A stretch of 64,000 nt of DNA from Phoronis australis (Eukaryota > Animalia > Phoronida). Location: assembly GCA_002633005.1 (NCBI GenBank), contig NMRA01000457.1, forward strand, positions 162,145 through 226,144, read 5' to 3'. The number at the start of each line of letters is the position of its first letter. The first letter of the stretch is position 1. The notes under the pieces were generated by a model, which was given only the letters and a program-made list of their open reading frames with translations, had not been told where the DNA came from and did no database searches. Both the position numbers and the translations under genes were made by a program. This document shows positions 49,734 to 64,000 of the stretch, piece by piece.

Positions 49734-52700
49734 CAAATTTGACGAATTTTAATTCTAAACACAAATCAGTTCATATTTTCAAATGAGAACGTTTTCGTGG
49801 TTTAAAAACAGCTCATTATTCGCCAACGTTTCATTTACTCTCCATAATCAATACTAACGACACTGGCCTTGACTGCTCGTGATTGTTGAATTTCTGTTGG
49901 AACAAAACAACCGAGTGTTTTCTATCAGAAACATTTACGCGATAAAAAGTAAACCTGGCCAAGGTTGTAGCATTACATGCTGTTGAATGCGAGAAGCAAC
50001 GAACACAACTCGATACGACAGCGTAAGAAAATATCAAGGGGTCACAACACACTCGTTGACAACTACAGCCGATTACGTCAGTGTCGTTGCACGACTACCT
50101 TCGAGTATGTGCACAATTATGTACTTTATACAGAATTTCTCCGTACTAAGAGGAAGTAAAATCTGCAGAAAAGTCAGTTGGGTCATATTTTGGCAACGAC
50201 CGGGTCAAGGGCAAATTTTGTCGTCGAAAAATCATCGGGTATTTATAAATGCATGTGCACTGGATACACCGTGAATAAATTAAACGCGTCACTGAAAGCC
50301 TAAGCTGTTGTTCTGTAAAATGACGAAAATTCGATGAAGGTAACAAAGCATTGATTTAATTAGTTATCTCCTTATGCTTGATGCACCTCGTAAAGTTGAC
50401 TAGTTTTCATCATAGATTAGAATACTCCGCTCTAATCGTTCCCATGATTCAATGCTCATGTAAATGACTTGTGGTTATGAAGCATCGAAGGCCGGCCCTC
50501 TCAAGAAGGTCAAGGAATACTCTGTACAATAATTGTCCTTTACTTTTAATTCCACAATTATATCCTTCGGGTAGCAACACCTTTATGTGTTCCTTATCGG
50601 CGTGTACTGTGCTACTGTTCGTAAATGAATGTGCGGTACGAATGCAAATCTTACATAACTGCACATATATTTTCGTATCGCTTAATAATTCATTATGTAC
50701 AGAATTATCATAAAATAACAAACATGTTAGTCAACTTACTTGTCCTTCCTAATAAGGAAGTCAATAATGTTCGAAACTTGAACGTATTTTTCGTCTTAGG
50801 AAGCCGATTGCGGGCTGGAGGCCGGGAAGAGGCCAAAGTCGACGGGAGTGTAGGTTTCTCAGTGAGTCCTATCAGCTTACAGTAATGTAAACGTGACTAG
50901 AATAGTTCAATAAAAGCTGACACGTAACATCTCAAAGAACCTTGGACAATTTCGAGAGAAGATTACTCTGTGAATGTGTCTTTTGCAGGCATTTCTTGCG
51001 TCTGCTGCAAAGCTTATTATTTTGAAAGCACTTCTCGAAACTCGTCGGGGTACTCCTCCAAATGGTGGGCTTCGGGCAAGGGGGAGAGGGTGCAGCCGTG
51101 CAAAATAAAGAATAAGACGATACAATGTCCAGCTGGGAACTGGAGAAAAACGGGTGCCCAAGACCACACCGAACAAAAAAAATCCTACCTGAGTAAAACA
51201 ACAAAACCTGAGGAGATGGCACACCACCAACCCGTCTTGGCGGCAGCGTCCCTATGACTGAAACTCTCCTGTGTGACACTACCTCGTTCTCAAATGTCTC
51301 GCATAGCGAATGAAGCATTTCATAAACTATTCTGAGTCGTTTTGATTTCTTGAATAATTTTCTATAAAAGGGGTCTAATTTGTAGTGAAACTCGTCGTAA
51401 TTTGCACATAACAGTTCGGTATTATATAATAATCTGTGAATTTGAATCGAAATGTCATCTCGTTAACATTCTTACTGCAAGCAGAGTTATTGAAGGTTTC
51501 TGCTACAGCAGTCAAACCATTCATATCACGTCTCGGCCACAGGTGTCATATTCAGATGTTACACCGTACACTTGACATGACTGGTGGGATCGCACACGCA
51601 ATTAGGCAGCGCAGTAATTATAGGTTATCAAACTCAAGAGACTGGCTGGAAAACTAGAAACCAGTAATTTGAGAGCAAGGAGAATGGTTACACGTTTGTG
51701 AAACAGAAAAAAGATCGCACAACAGTTCCCCCTGGAATGTTGGTGATTGAAAAAGAACTTGTTCAAACGTTTGTGAACCATGGCGCGGTACTGGCCATTT
51801 CCGATGATTGAGGAATGAAAAGTCTCCGATTGTATCAAGTCAGGTTGAGATTTTTAAAGGAACGTTCTTGGTTTCACGGTTTGGAATTTTTATCGAATGG
51901 GAGACACTTTTTGGGGTTACTGACTTTGAAACAGATGCATAAAACAACAAAATGTGTTGTTTTGTGAGTTTATTACAAATGACCAATTCTCGCCGTTGCG
52001 TGCCAGACATTCGCTAAAATCAAGACTGGTGTCTTTGGATACGCTTAAAGCATTCTGCTTTTTAACGCGTGGTATTTGGCTCGGCGACAAAGCATTGGGC
52101 TGTTATTGTTCAGCTATTGGGTTCGATTTCCCGCTGCTGCTAATTTCTGTAAAACACCTTTCCAGCCGAGAATATCCCTTTAAATGACAAAAACGAGAAA
52201 ACAATTATTATGCAAAGCAACGAGCAAAACACCACTGATAGAAAACAATTACTGACCTGACAGTTCCCTTAGCGAGAAGCGTACAAAAGTGCTCACCTAA
52301 CTGATTGTCATAAACCAATGACTTAAATTTAAACATAAACCACCACAGGCAATGAGCCCAATCCGAACCAAGCCCACGATTGTTGTGAGTCATCTTGAGA
52401 GACAAAATAGACAGATATAAACACGAATGTTTTTGGAACCGAAAGTTAAGACCTTGTAAAAACACGTGGAACCTGTAAACACATCCGCGACACACTTATC
52501 ATCGCTGTGTCTAAAACTTGAAATGGAAAATTGGCGGAATGAAGCAGATCTGCTATTGTCTCGTCTGCAAACAACCATCAACTTGACTGGTCGAATCTAA
52601 ATGATGCGTCTGACAGTTATTAAAACAACTCCATTGTGAGTAGCGTGAAATAAATTGAAAACATTTATACAATGATCTTATATGTCTGTTTATACCCTGA

Positions 52701-55700
52701 GGACAAGCACAGATTCTTGAAGCGCTATTGTATATAGTTCAGAGAATGAATTCATTCACGATTCGCGTGTAAAGCACATCAACAGGTCTCATTGAATGTT
52801 TTACAACGGATGTTTTGGATAGGCACAAGGATAGCCAACACTGCAACACCTTAAGCAATAACAAGTACAATATCGAGCTATGTTAATTGAAATTTGAAGC
52901 GATGAGTGTAATTCAAGATGCGTAAATTGTTTTTCCTGAACACAACAGTTATGAGATTTAAGTCGGTGGTCATGCCCTTCAAAATCGAGTTCCGTAATCG
53001 ATGGTTTTGAAAAATATAGCATGACAGTTTCAACATGTAAGAGAGCCGGAGGCAGAGAAAGAGGGGGGCGAGTGACAAGACCGAGACAGCCCAGTGCGTT
53101 ATTGTTACCCACTTGGAAGGTCATGTTACGACTTACCTTGAACAACGCAGTTGTCAAGAACCAAAAAACTCTGCTTGATCTTGTTCAGTTATTTCATAAA
53201 CCTGCACACTCTGTGGATTACGCGACACTAATTTTTCGATATCCCTACCTTTGACTAATCAATCTGCTCAACCTTGAAACAATGCCAGCCAATCACGAAG
53301 TCCGATTTCACAAACAGTCAGCCATGTTGGGTGACGTAATGCCTATTGTCATGGATTCGCTAAGCCTATTAGCCGACTAACATACATTGGATTTCTACAG
53401 CGAATTAATCATGTGAACAAATGTGGATTATTGAATTACCCGTTTTGTTTGGATTTTCCTGCTTATTTGTTAGCAATGCATGGGCGCTATCGTCATCGTT
53501 TCAAGGTGCCATGCATGAACTTGAAGGTGGAGCATAAATTTAAATGGCGCATTGAATAACGAAGACGCCGCATTTTCAAATCAAAGTAAATATTATGTTG
53601 ACATTTGTTCTCTCTCAATAAAACTGGAGCAGCGTTTATTTTTGACAAAGAATTCAAAATATGGACTTTGCTTCAAAACAAGAACACTCTTTTCCAATAC
53701 TTAAGACCAAAGCGCCACATTAAATTGACTTTACATGAATTAAAATACAGCCTCAGTGATACTATCGCATCAGTTTAGAGTTATAATAACTTTCCTTGTC
53801 ACTAACTTTCGAACTTGAGGACGCAACGTTGCTAATTTTTTGTAAGTTTTTATTCCAGTATTAGACTCAAACTTGTTCTGTTTTCTCAATTGGATGTCTC
53901 AAAATTTTCATGCTTTTAACTTTCGTATATATTTGCAAGCAATATCCGATCAAACAGTTTTCAATAAGGGAGTTCCTCCCAGGTGGAAGAAAATTTGGTT
54001 CGTTTGATAATTTGGCTAAATCGAGATATTCACTTGATATCATCTCATAAAAAACTGAAGACTATCCAAATGTTGTTATGACGAAAGGTCTACCTATAGA
54101 CATCCTAATATTACCGGAACACATAAGAATTTTAGTTGATCACTTTTTTCCAAAATTTCAATCTATGGAGGTTTTAACCATAAGACTCAGTTTGTATCAT
54201 TATTGTTTTTCAATTTACTCAAAAATGCGAGTCCGGTGTTTGGAGTCAACCTGTATAAGGTGGGGCGTGCACTATTGGCAGGCATACAAGTATATTAAGT
54301 ATTTACACAATGAATGAAAGATAAAAAGTCGATCACAAACGGTCCATCCGTTTGTCAAGTGATTGATCAATAAAGTCTAAGGTTAAGTGGCATTTACGAC
54401 ACCCCTTCCCCCGGATAAGAGAGGGTTTTGATACTTTCTGAATAAATTAAAAATACAACTGACTCATTGATAAAAACGCCCGACAAGTCTCGATACGTTT
54501 TTGACAAGTGTAAGAAAAATGTGATACTATGGCGTTCTTGTCTGAGTCAACACTGCCGTCATAGATATGCAGGAAATCAGCGAAATGTAATAACTCCAAG
54601 AGCTACGTAGAAACACTTGCGTGAAACACGTGAGGAAGCGACTCACACAAATATAAAAGATAGACTCGTGGAACATTGACATGCAGGAGCTCCAGTGTAA
54701 AGCCATTGGGACACGGGCTCTAAGGCGTTGCCATGTTCTCTCAGGCCAAGTCGTTGTTGTTTGATTACGCCATGAGGTCATACCACAATCACTTTCTATA
54801 ACAGATAAAAGTACGTTCTATGCGACCTCGACGCGCTGTTAACGTATCGAAGTGCTTCTATAAGAAATTGTGAAACGCGTTTTCTGAAATACAATGCTTT
54901 AAGCGTCAAATTTCGCAAACACGTAATTCAGAGGAGGTGGAATATGATTACAGATAAAACACTTATCTGCTTTGCCTGCAGCTTGAGATGAAATTTCACC
55001 AGAACTTACCAAGAAGATGGAATTTGATATTTACAAACAAATGCCTTGCCTCAAGATACATCTCTTCATTAAAAGCAGCCTAACAAGCTTCACGTTCATT
55101 AAAAGACAAACAGCATAATAAAACAGGATGACCGGTGTGACAATTGAACAGGATGTATAATCCGAAGAATGCTTCGGCCTGGGCATATTTCGCTGGCGGC
55201 TCATTCAAATTACCTAAAATAGTGTTAATAGAGTCGAATGCTTTGTCATAGTCAATAAATTAGTCACATGTCTAAGCAGGGTCACTTGCTCATTGCTAAA
55301 ATTGATGACCATGGTTATACATTTAAGGGATTCACATTGAGCAACGTCTGCTAAAATGACCATTGAGTTCTAGACCTGACGTGTTTACAGATGCGAAATT
55401 ATTGTGTTGACATATAAATAACAGAGCGCTGCCTGGACATCGAAAAGCAAGTTACGTCAGACCAAGACGATTTTCCTGGGAATTTCAACAATCTTAAGTG
55501 TCACCTCAGAGAGCTATTAAGCATTTGTATAACACCTTTTGACAGTGCCGATTGCTAAAGCGCGTTAATTCGAGGAAACCGCGTACAAACACACAAGATC
55601 TAGGGCTTGTTGTCCTCTAGAAATGCGCCACAGGAATGACAAAATTGATAACGTCGATAAAATGTTCTTTTCTTGTATAATTTGATTCGTTTACGATCCA

Positions 55701-58700
55701 CATCAGTAAAGAACTCGAGATTTGTTTAATTTTTCATTTGACATTTTCAGCATACGAAGAAACTAATCCGCTGTAGGCAAGAAAATTAAGCTACGTTGAT
55801 TTAAGGCCAGGTTGCACTCTTTTGACCGGGAGTCGTTTTTTGCTCTGATCACGAGAATTTCATGACACAATAGCCATTGTCCGATACACGGCAATAGGGT
55901 ATTTAGCGGACAACCGCTCTACCTTCTTATATGAACCAAATGCATCGTTTCTTTATAAATTCTTTGCAGTCGTAAAGTTAGCCCTTTTGTCCGGTCCTAC
56001 ACCCAAACGATTATCGCATCGATTTGTCCTTCGTTGTACAATGTAACGGTCGGCTTCTAATTTGAATCCAAAAGTCAACGTCATAGGCTACCACCACAGC
56101 AACTATGAACGACAAAAACAACAACAGCAGCAGCACCAAGAACAACAACAACAGAGAAACGCCGACCGGGGGTTACGAGGACATTTTCCTTCTAAAATTG
56201 CGATTGGGCCCCCTCAAGACATCGGAGATTTGCTAGTGTCAGCTACCAGACCTATTGTTCGGGCCGGCACACCGTCGGCGAAATATGGTGAACATTCGCC
56301 ATTCTCGGCGCATCCCAAACTTAAGTTGTGTCCACACAAAACGGCGATTAACAGGATGATTGGGCAAAGTGAATCAATGGTTGTGGCATAATATTTATGC
56401 AAAAAATAGGATTATAACCACGTGGTCCAGCTGTTCTGTAATGACAAAGAATAACAAACATGGCCTTGAGCAATGTCAGTTCAGGGAGCCCATCTTGAAG
56501 GTATTCATGACCATGCTGTAATCTCTCGTCACTAAGTATTAAGCTGTAATCCAAAGCCATTAACAAAGGAACATGTAAGCCATTTGCTATACTTTTGCAT
56601 GGGCTCAAACTATCGTATCTGATACGAAACTGCGCCCTGTGGATTAGCCTTATCCACATCGCATCTGTTAAAATCTTTTCCGTACAAATACAAACACGTG
56701 TATTTCATGTTTAACAACAAAGGCGGCCTGCCTGACTAAAAATACTACTGTTGAAATTTGTGCGTTAAACCTTTTGTTACAACAAAATGTTCATTCAATA
56801 TCTGAACACTCAGGAGTTAGTTCAGTTTTGGTGGTGAATGCAAAAAAGTGCATATCGTTGATCGCGTTCATCATTGATTGCAATCGTGGCACCTGTTCGA
56901 GTCAAGACGTCGCCAGTCGAAAGTCTACGATACAGCCACAGGCCCGAGCGTAATTCGCAAATTTTCAGAGGCAAATCAAAGACATGCCTAGCATTCATCG
57001 GTCTTTGAACCGTCCCACTCGTGTTTGTTTCACACACCTGCTGGTTGGGAAATACGCGGCGAATTACATACAAAAATTCATATTACGTTTCATGCTTGTT
57101 TGCTTTGTAACAAGTAGCAGAGTGCTCGAGGGTCCACGTGTGCATAGCACGAATTTAATAGGTGTGAAATACAAACAGAAATGTCGAGATCACGTTTTCT
57201 TGGTGGTCTACCGTAAGAAAGCGATTATGAAACTTGTTTGTTTGACGTTTGTTGATCGACACGATAATACGTTTATCGGTGATAATTCATTTTTAGCACC
57301 TTACGGTCGCACGAACAAATCCGTCATCACTATCAAGGGGCTGCATCAACAAATTTGATATCCAACAATTTGTCCAGCAGGATTTTGTAATGAGGTATTT
57401 CCTTTGAGTGGGTTTCGTACAATACGTCGAAGATCTCGGATCATGTCATGCTGTGCATTCGCAAATCAAACACAGAACCAGGACGAGCAACATATGAAAA
57501 AATACACTGTACAATCGCTCAACTCCACTTGGTCCCTAGAATAATTATGTAAATTTTCTGAGACAATTGTCTTTTTAAACTTCTAAAAAAGGTTGCACCT
57601 AGTGTTACCCTACAAAATCGTACTGAAACACGATTTCCAGATACCGTTCACAAACAATAATATTAACAGTAGCAAGCAATTAAAACAATGTGGTGTTTGA
57701 GGACACTGCATGGGACTTATCTGTGTATACTTAGACTCGATGTGGTCAAGCTTCCAATGTACACGCCCAGGAACCAGTGGTAAGCCACACAAGCCGCAAC
57801 AAAAATAAAAGTGGCCCTCGATAAGCTTAAAAGTGGTATCTATCCGTCTTCTAAATTTGGAAATTCAAAACGCCAACAATACCCTTGATTTTCTCACCAT
57901 CAGACACTTTTACAAAAAGCTTACATTTTTCAGAAATGAAAGTATCAATGAATTCAATGAAAATAAAATACAAGAATGTGTTAACACTTTGTAAAATATA
58001 CAAGAATTCGCCACTTACGAGTGTCTTCAGTCAAACAGCGCTGGCCGAATTCATGTGCATATAGCCAGCCGATTTCATCGCCGTTAACGGTCGTGTGTCG
58101 TCAAAATAAATAACTCGAACTTCAAAGTGACACAGGGGATAACCGCCCACATTTAAATTTGAATGCGTTATCATTTACGATCATACATCCATAAAGCAAA
58201 CAAAATGTTCGCATCGATTGTAAAATATATGCGCGGGACGGTAACGTGCCAAGTATTGTACGTCATTGATCAAATGAAATGCATTATGATTCAAAGGACA
58301 CAAAAAGTGGGAACAAGAAACAAGAATAAGAAAACATGTGCAGCGTAAATAAACTTGCACTGACTTGTCAGCGAGGAAATAATTTTCCAAGTCAAGTCAT
58401 TTGTGGAGTGTCATGATGCCCCGGAGATAAGGCAGTAGGGAATAGCGCTGCGCAATGGACTTACAAACCGTGAAATTTGATGTGCGACCACCCCGTAATA
58501 ATTGTCATGTTCAATCTGTTTCCACCAACGCCGAAACGGCTAGCGACATCCCATTAGTGCCCAACTAGCGATTGGCAAGGCATTTCAGTCTCAGATAGAA
58601 TTTAAACGTAACCCTAGGTCCCAGACACCTTCAGGTTGTAATACACATTTTTCTAACGCCAGAATACCTTGAGCACCAAGACAGATCGTCAAGTGAAGGG

Positions 58701-58991
58701 TAACGTCGTTACTGCCCGGTTTCCCTTCAGCGCTGCCTGGGAGTATAGTCCTGCATTTCAACAAAAGAGTTTCGGCGCACGAGTCAACCAACCAATCTCG
58801 AACCAGCGTAACTTATGCTGGAGCGGTGATGGTCGCCTGTTCTTCAACTGTTCAATACCAAACGATTTTCGTGAATGCCGAGAGGAAATTTGAGGCTATA
58901 GGAAAATACCCGGATGGTTTAATTTACCGCTACAACCGCTCGCACTGCGCATCATCTCGCTGTGTCCAAGGATTTGTTCCTGAGTAATCAT

Positions 58992-59383
58992 CCCGGAGGG
59001 TACTCGACTATATCACTGATAGGGTGGGGTGGGGGAAAGGCGCAGATGTAGAGAGTGGGCTCAGAAAAAGGGTCGCATTTGTAGGGAACTTATATGAAAA
59101 TGTCTGTTTCAAAATGTCACCTTTTTGTAGTGGTTAATATTATAAACCAGCATTGAAGTTTGGGATTCTTACGGGGGAATATTTAGCTCAGCGAAGCTTT
59201 GTTGTTCGAAATGATCGAGTATATTTTTGGCAACCAAAGTTTCAAAATTATCGATAACATTAAAAATCCTTCTGTATACATGTGGAACATTTTGTTGTTA
59301 AAGGTACAAGTTAGTAGGGAGTTGTTGATAAAAATCCTTCTGAGCTGCAGGTCCCCTATACTTCTCTTATGAGAGTACCCTCC
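58992..59383. mobile_element. CC-terminated MITE (cccggagggtactc ends)
   Basis: cccggagggtactc ... gagtaccctcc inverted termini with internal tagggNa repeats. Confidence 0.5.
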
Positions 59384-62041
59384 TACCGCTGATAATGGAC
59401 CGATATTCCATGCCGCATTGAGCGGTAGTATCCTATTGCTAATGGAATTCCATTGGTGTCGATGCAGAAAATGGAATTTCGCGAGTAAGTAGGCATATAT
59501 ATGTTTACATCTGCCAAGTTTAGAACCTTAATTATTCTAATATTTCTCTTTTCGACAGCACCAGGAAAATCTGTCGTGGGTGCTCACTGTTCACTGGTCT
59601 CCGGCCGTGTAAGAAGACGGTCCTTGGCCCTAGTAGACCTACCCGTGACTACTTCATCACTAGCGGCACTGAATGGGTTCAGTGACATTTCTCTTTTGAG
59701 AAATGGTGGCAACTGAAGGGTACAAATACGCCATTGAATGGCTGGAATGTCAAAAAAGTTACTGATTATGCTCCAACGGTATCCCTTCCGCGAGTAATCT
59801 GCATACTAGAGTGGACTTGCGTACCAAGAGAAACCATTATCACAAACCGGCAAAATGTGTGGACTGTGAAAAAATAGAATATTGTACTGAGTAACTTATG
59901 ATAATTTCATCTTTTACATCCATTCACTACTCAACGAAAACTGAATTGAAAGCACAATGTCCAAACTCAGTGGTCAACCCTTGGAACGACGTATCAAATA
60001 AATTTATTGTCGTCACTTGGTGCTGTACGACATTCTGATGCAATTTTTCTTGATAACAGTTTGGCCCATTATAGCAACCTTGATACTTCACAAACGCTAC
60101 ATAGAAGATTTATTATACTTCTTGTTGAGATAATAGTTGAAAAGATATGTAATCCACTGGGCGGAACTGATTGCATATTTTCTCACTCGACAAGTTTCCA
60201 ATCTGTGATGTATTCTCGCGTTGCTATGCGTAGTATATAAGCGTAGTGCATAGGAACCAAGCGTCATATCGAGTCAAGATTTCTAGCTTGTCACGCGAAC
60301 AAGCGACATTTCTTCTAAACCTATTGATTTGGACAATCGCCAGTCATTACAATGCTTTGTCCCTTCCCTATTGTACAGCAGAGTACTAAGTAACAATGTG
60401 CAACTTGAAATTGTTACTACACATCGGAGAAACATAGTTTATTGGCTACGTTCCCGCCTACCGCCACAAAAGTCAAGATTCGGTTTAGAACACTTACCGA
60501 TATGAAATTGGTGCCAATTTGTTCGCTAACCCAAACAGGTGTGATATCTGGGCCTTAGAACGAGCGGACAGTTCGTCATTGCTCGAAACAAAGCTCTAAA
60601 AGTTGACATGTCAGTGCTTGTTATTTTATACATTATACAAACAGCGGCATGGACTCTAGCAATAACGAATAGTGCCGGTTCTCTGCAAGACCAAAAATCG
60701 CGTCACATTTGAGTACGGGAAAGTTGAGACCAATATCACAGGTTTAAGAGGTCTAAATCAAAACGGTTTCCTCGACGGAATGCGGGTTCATTGACGCTTT
60801 ACGAAATCAAAGCCCTCAAATTTCGTCTACGACCGTACCAGGAGAAGAAAAGGTGGCACCATCATAATAGCATAATTAGGACAAAACACCAGAAAGAGGT
60901 TTAATAGCAGTTTTGTTAGCAGTTTATTTAGGGTGCCGCCCCCCCACTAAGAGCACGACCCCCCAAAAAAACGCTGCTACCATGCCGTGTAGACGGGCAT
61001 TGGGACGGGTTATTTTTGTCCTTGGGAAATAATGGTTGCGCACTCCGCGTGCAACCCTCTATCTTACGACATCCTAGATCCGCCAATGAATTTGTACCAA
61101 GACTATTATTCACTAGTAATTTTTCCTTACATATTATTTAGTATACTTTAAAAGTTTATCAGTTGAGCAATTCCATTACCAGGTTCATCGCCCAGCGGAA
61201 CATGAGAATGTGGAGGAAAGAAAGTGACAGGTGTGGTCCGAGTTATTCGCATAAACCATACAGTTACCCTAGTGCTATGGTATGAACTGCTGCTTGGATA
61301 ATTAACATTCTTTTTAAGTGAATCCTTCAAGACCGTTTGCGTTTCACAGTCGCAGGAGTGAACCATGCGACGAATTCGTTTTCCAGACAAGAAAATGACA
61401 AATTCTTTGGAAAAGTTATTCATTGAAATCGCAAATAAAGTCACGTGCTATGAAAGTAGTTACGCCCCCATACCTTCCTTTACAAACACTCAAACGTTTG
61501 AATTCAACCACATTAGCGAAATGCACAATACAAGCGCATCATTATAATTTGTTTACCAGCTTGTGCTTTCACACGGAGGATACTCATGACTTCGCTGGCC
61601 CAATCGAGTCATTCGTTTACGGAAATGAAGGAGAGAATCTGGATCATAATGGAACTATAAAGAGGACAATATGTAAAATAACACTTCCGTCATGAAATAA
61701 TGGTCCAGTTGTATTTGGACGTAACTAAACACTTTCGCCTGGTGCATAGGCACTCGATAACTGCCAAAATCGACTGCCGAAGAAAGTTTTCCCTCTATTT
61801 ATCATCCGCGAGTTTGCTTATACAAATCGAGCATCGTCAATGAAACAGATAAACGATGAGCCATTAGTCTTTCTCCCTCTCACTCCAAAAACATTACTCT
61901 AGTATCCATTAAATTAACTAAGGTTCATGTTAATCAATGAACTCATTTTCCGTCACAGTTAGTTCTCGCCTGAGTAAGGATAAGGTTGGAAACCGATTCT
62001 AACAAGGCAGTTTAATTTACACACTTTTCCCCGGCACTCAC

Positions 62042-62200
62042 CTTCAAGGACACTCGTCGTCAGTGCAGGGCTTGCGGTGGGAATACCTATCCATTGCATT
62101 TGCCGCCACAGATCTGCGGTGTGTAAGTATCAACAACTCTTAACCAAACTTCTCACACTTATTTTTCACAACTTGAATTGTCGTGCGTAAACGACACTTT
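62042..62200 (-). other. Candidate non-coding 5' UTR exon of the RASSF gene
   Basis: Consensus donor AAG|GTGAGT on the - strand at 62042/62041, with UTR-like sequence upstream. The link to the 40479 acceptor is inferred only. Confidence 0.25.
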
Positions 62201-64000
62201 CGACCTCAAAAGAATTCAATTATCTACCAGCCTGACTACAAGCAAAAGGCGTAACCAGTTTCGAAACCTCATCATAATCCTGTATCGCCAGCAAATGGCG
62301 TAGATTACGTTTACTTTACCCGCGTGACAAGTACTTAGCGATCTATTACCAATTCTTGACTGGGCTGATACACGCGTAGCGACTATCAACGTTTTTAAAC
62401 ATAGGAAGGTTTGATAGCTAATCTTATGCAATTAGAATAATACAAAGTAAACACGTTAACTATGTTGGTGTATATTTGTATGGTTTAAAAGGTTCGTGTT
62501 GATAACATTAACTGAAATGTGTTGGTTTATTTTCTTGCACCATGGAATCGAGCAATAATGGCGATATCTTTATCTAGTAGATGACATTGAAACGATGTAA
62601 ACGGCTCACGAAAATTTACGGCCATGCCTTTTGAATACGTAAACGCATGTACTTTAATCAGACGTTATACTTACAAGAGGTGATCCCCTATAATCTAAAA
62701 CTGAATATAAGAGTCACGATTGTGTTTTGTAGGATTTGCAAATGGTAAAGACGCGACCCAAGTTATTACTTCAAGAGTGCAAATAAATCTGATGGGGAGC
62801 GCTCCACAGACGCGAGAACCTCGCGAAAATGCAAAATAACGCAAGACTGCGAGAAAGGCCTATCACCATGAATTCAAGAGAAGCACGTGGTCTCATTAGC
62901 TTCGTTCGCGAGATTTTTGCTTGCGTTGACAGAATTCGGTCGTGGGGCCGATTGCCTAAAACAATTATACGATGGATAGCAACAGTGTATTGGGGTTATC
63001 ATTATGCGTGGTGCCACCGTTGAATAATGTATTTGACGCCATCCGACACTTTTCCGCGGAAGAATTATTGTTCATATCTCCAAAAAGCAAAAATCACCTG
63101 ATACCACGTACTGAGCTGTGAGCCTCAGGTTTCAAAATGATTCGCCTGCAGACTAGAACCAATTATGTTAAATTTGGCCTTAGCGACTCGAAAGGCGAGT
63201 TTGCTTGTAAGGTGAACTAGTCACTGCCTTACTGTAAATAAAAAAAAAATGCGTAAAGAGTCCCATCCCATCTTCGCATCTCATCTCTGTTGTAGGCCTA
63301 AGTGTTTTTCAGTTCGCTTTAGTTGGTTTCACAATTCAATGTGTAATCACGTTAAGATATATTAGATTTCACTCCTTGACTCAGGGATTGGCAGATCGAT
63401 CCATGGAAACGTCGGTATATCTAATAACACTGAAACATTGTTTATTACGTTAAAAAGATGTCAAAAGCTGTTGCCATTACAGAAGATAAAAATTGAATAA
63501 ACTGTACAAAACCGTATAAAGAGACGGACGTAGATATAAAACTGATATAAAAAGTCGAGGATTTGACCTTTGTTGACAACAGAACTTGAAATGTCAGATA
63601 TTTGTGCACTGATCAGTTATTTAACTGTGAATGCTTTGGTCTATGCACCTCGGTACATACGTTTTTTCTTGGGTAGCTTAATTACCATCCTGGGTTACTT
63701 ATTTACCCGGGTTACTTCATTATTTCCCTGGGTTACTTATTTCCTGTGACACCTGCATCGGCTTTGTGCTCTCCGTTCACCTCACGTAACAACTTTTATA
63801 TTTTACTAATCTCCATCAATCGTAATGTGACCGTGACGGCGAGCTTCGATTCCCGTTGCGGTGTCATGACCAGGTCACAATTGACTGGTAGGTGGAAGGT
63901 CTTCAAAAGACACATATTCCACGCCAGGACGAACGAAAACACAAATCGTAACATATCAAATTAGACCAAACTTCTTTCCAAAAAGCACTCTTTCAACATA

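Noticed and set aside
50970-51257. Plus-strand 95-aa ORF after an acceptor-like ttttgcag
   Set aside because: No recognisable domain and no partner exons.
56062-56391. Poly-Q-containing ORF
   Set aside because: Explained by a (caa/cag)n microsatellite; starts at TTG and the remainder is not protein-like.

Overview
Eukaryotic genomic DNA, apparently from an invertebrate animal (AT-rich, spliceosomal GT-AG introns, two N gaps). There are two convergent host genes. (1) A + strand multi-exon gene (~0.76-34.5 kb, 5' end not seen) encodes a type I membrane protein with an unusual mosaic architecture: Ig-like remnants, 5x TSP1, 2x PAN/apple-like, a degenerate TSP1, sushi/CCP, a TM helix and a charged disordered tail. 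Almost every domain sits on its own phase 1-1 exon. (2) A - strand single-coding-exon N-terminal RASSF gene (RASSF9/10-like, 39046-40458) is followed by about 23 kb of largely non-coding, repeat-poor upstream or intronic DNA. The introns of gene 1 are dense with non-autonomous DNA transposons. The most notable are three different internally deleted Kolobok-type elements in the same orientation, each with a THAP remnant on the + strand and a convergent KolX (P2X7-ballast-like) remnant of varying clarity on the - strand. There are also two Helentron/HINE-like elements and several MITEs. No prokaryotic systems, CRISPR arrays or rRNA genes were seen. All calls come from manual reading; no database searches were run.
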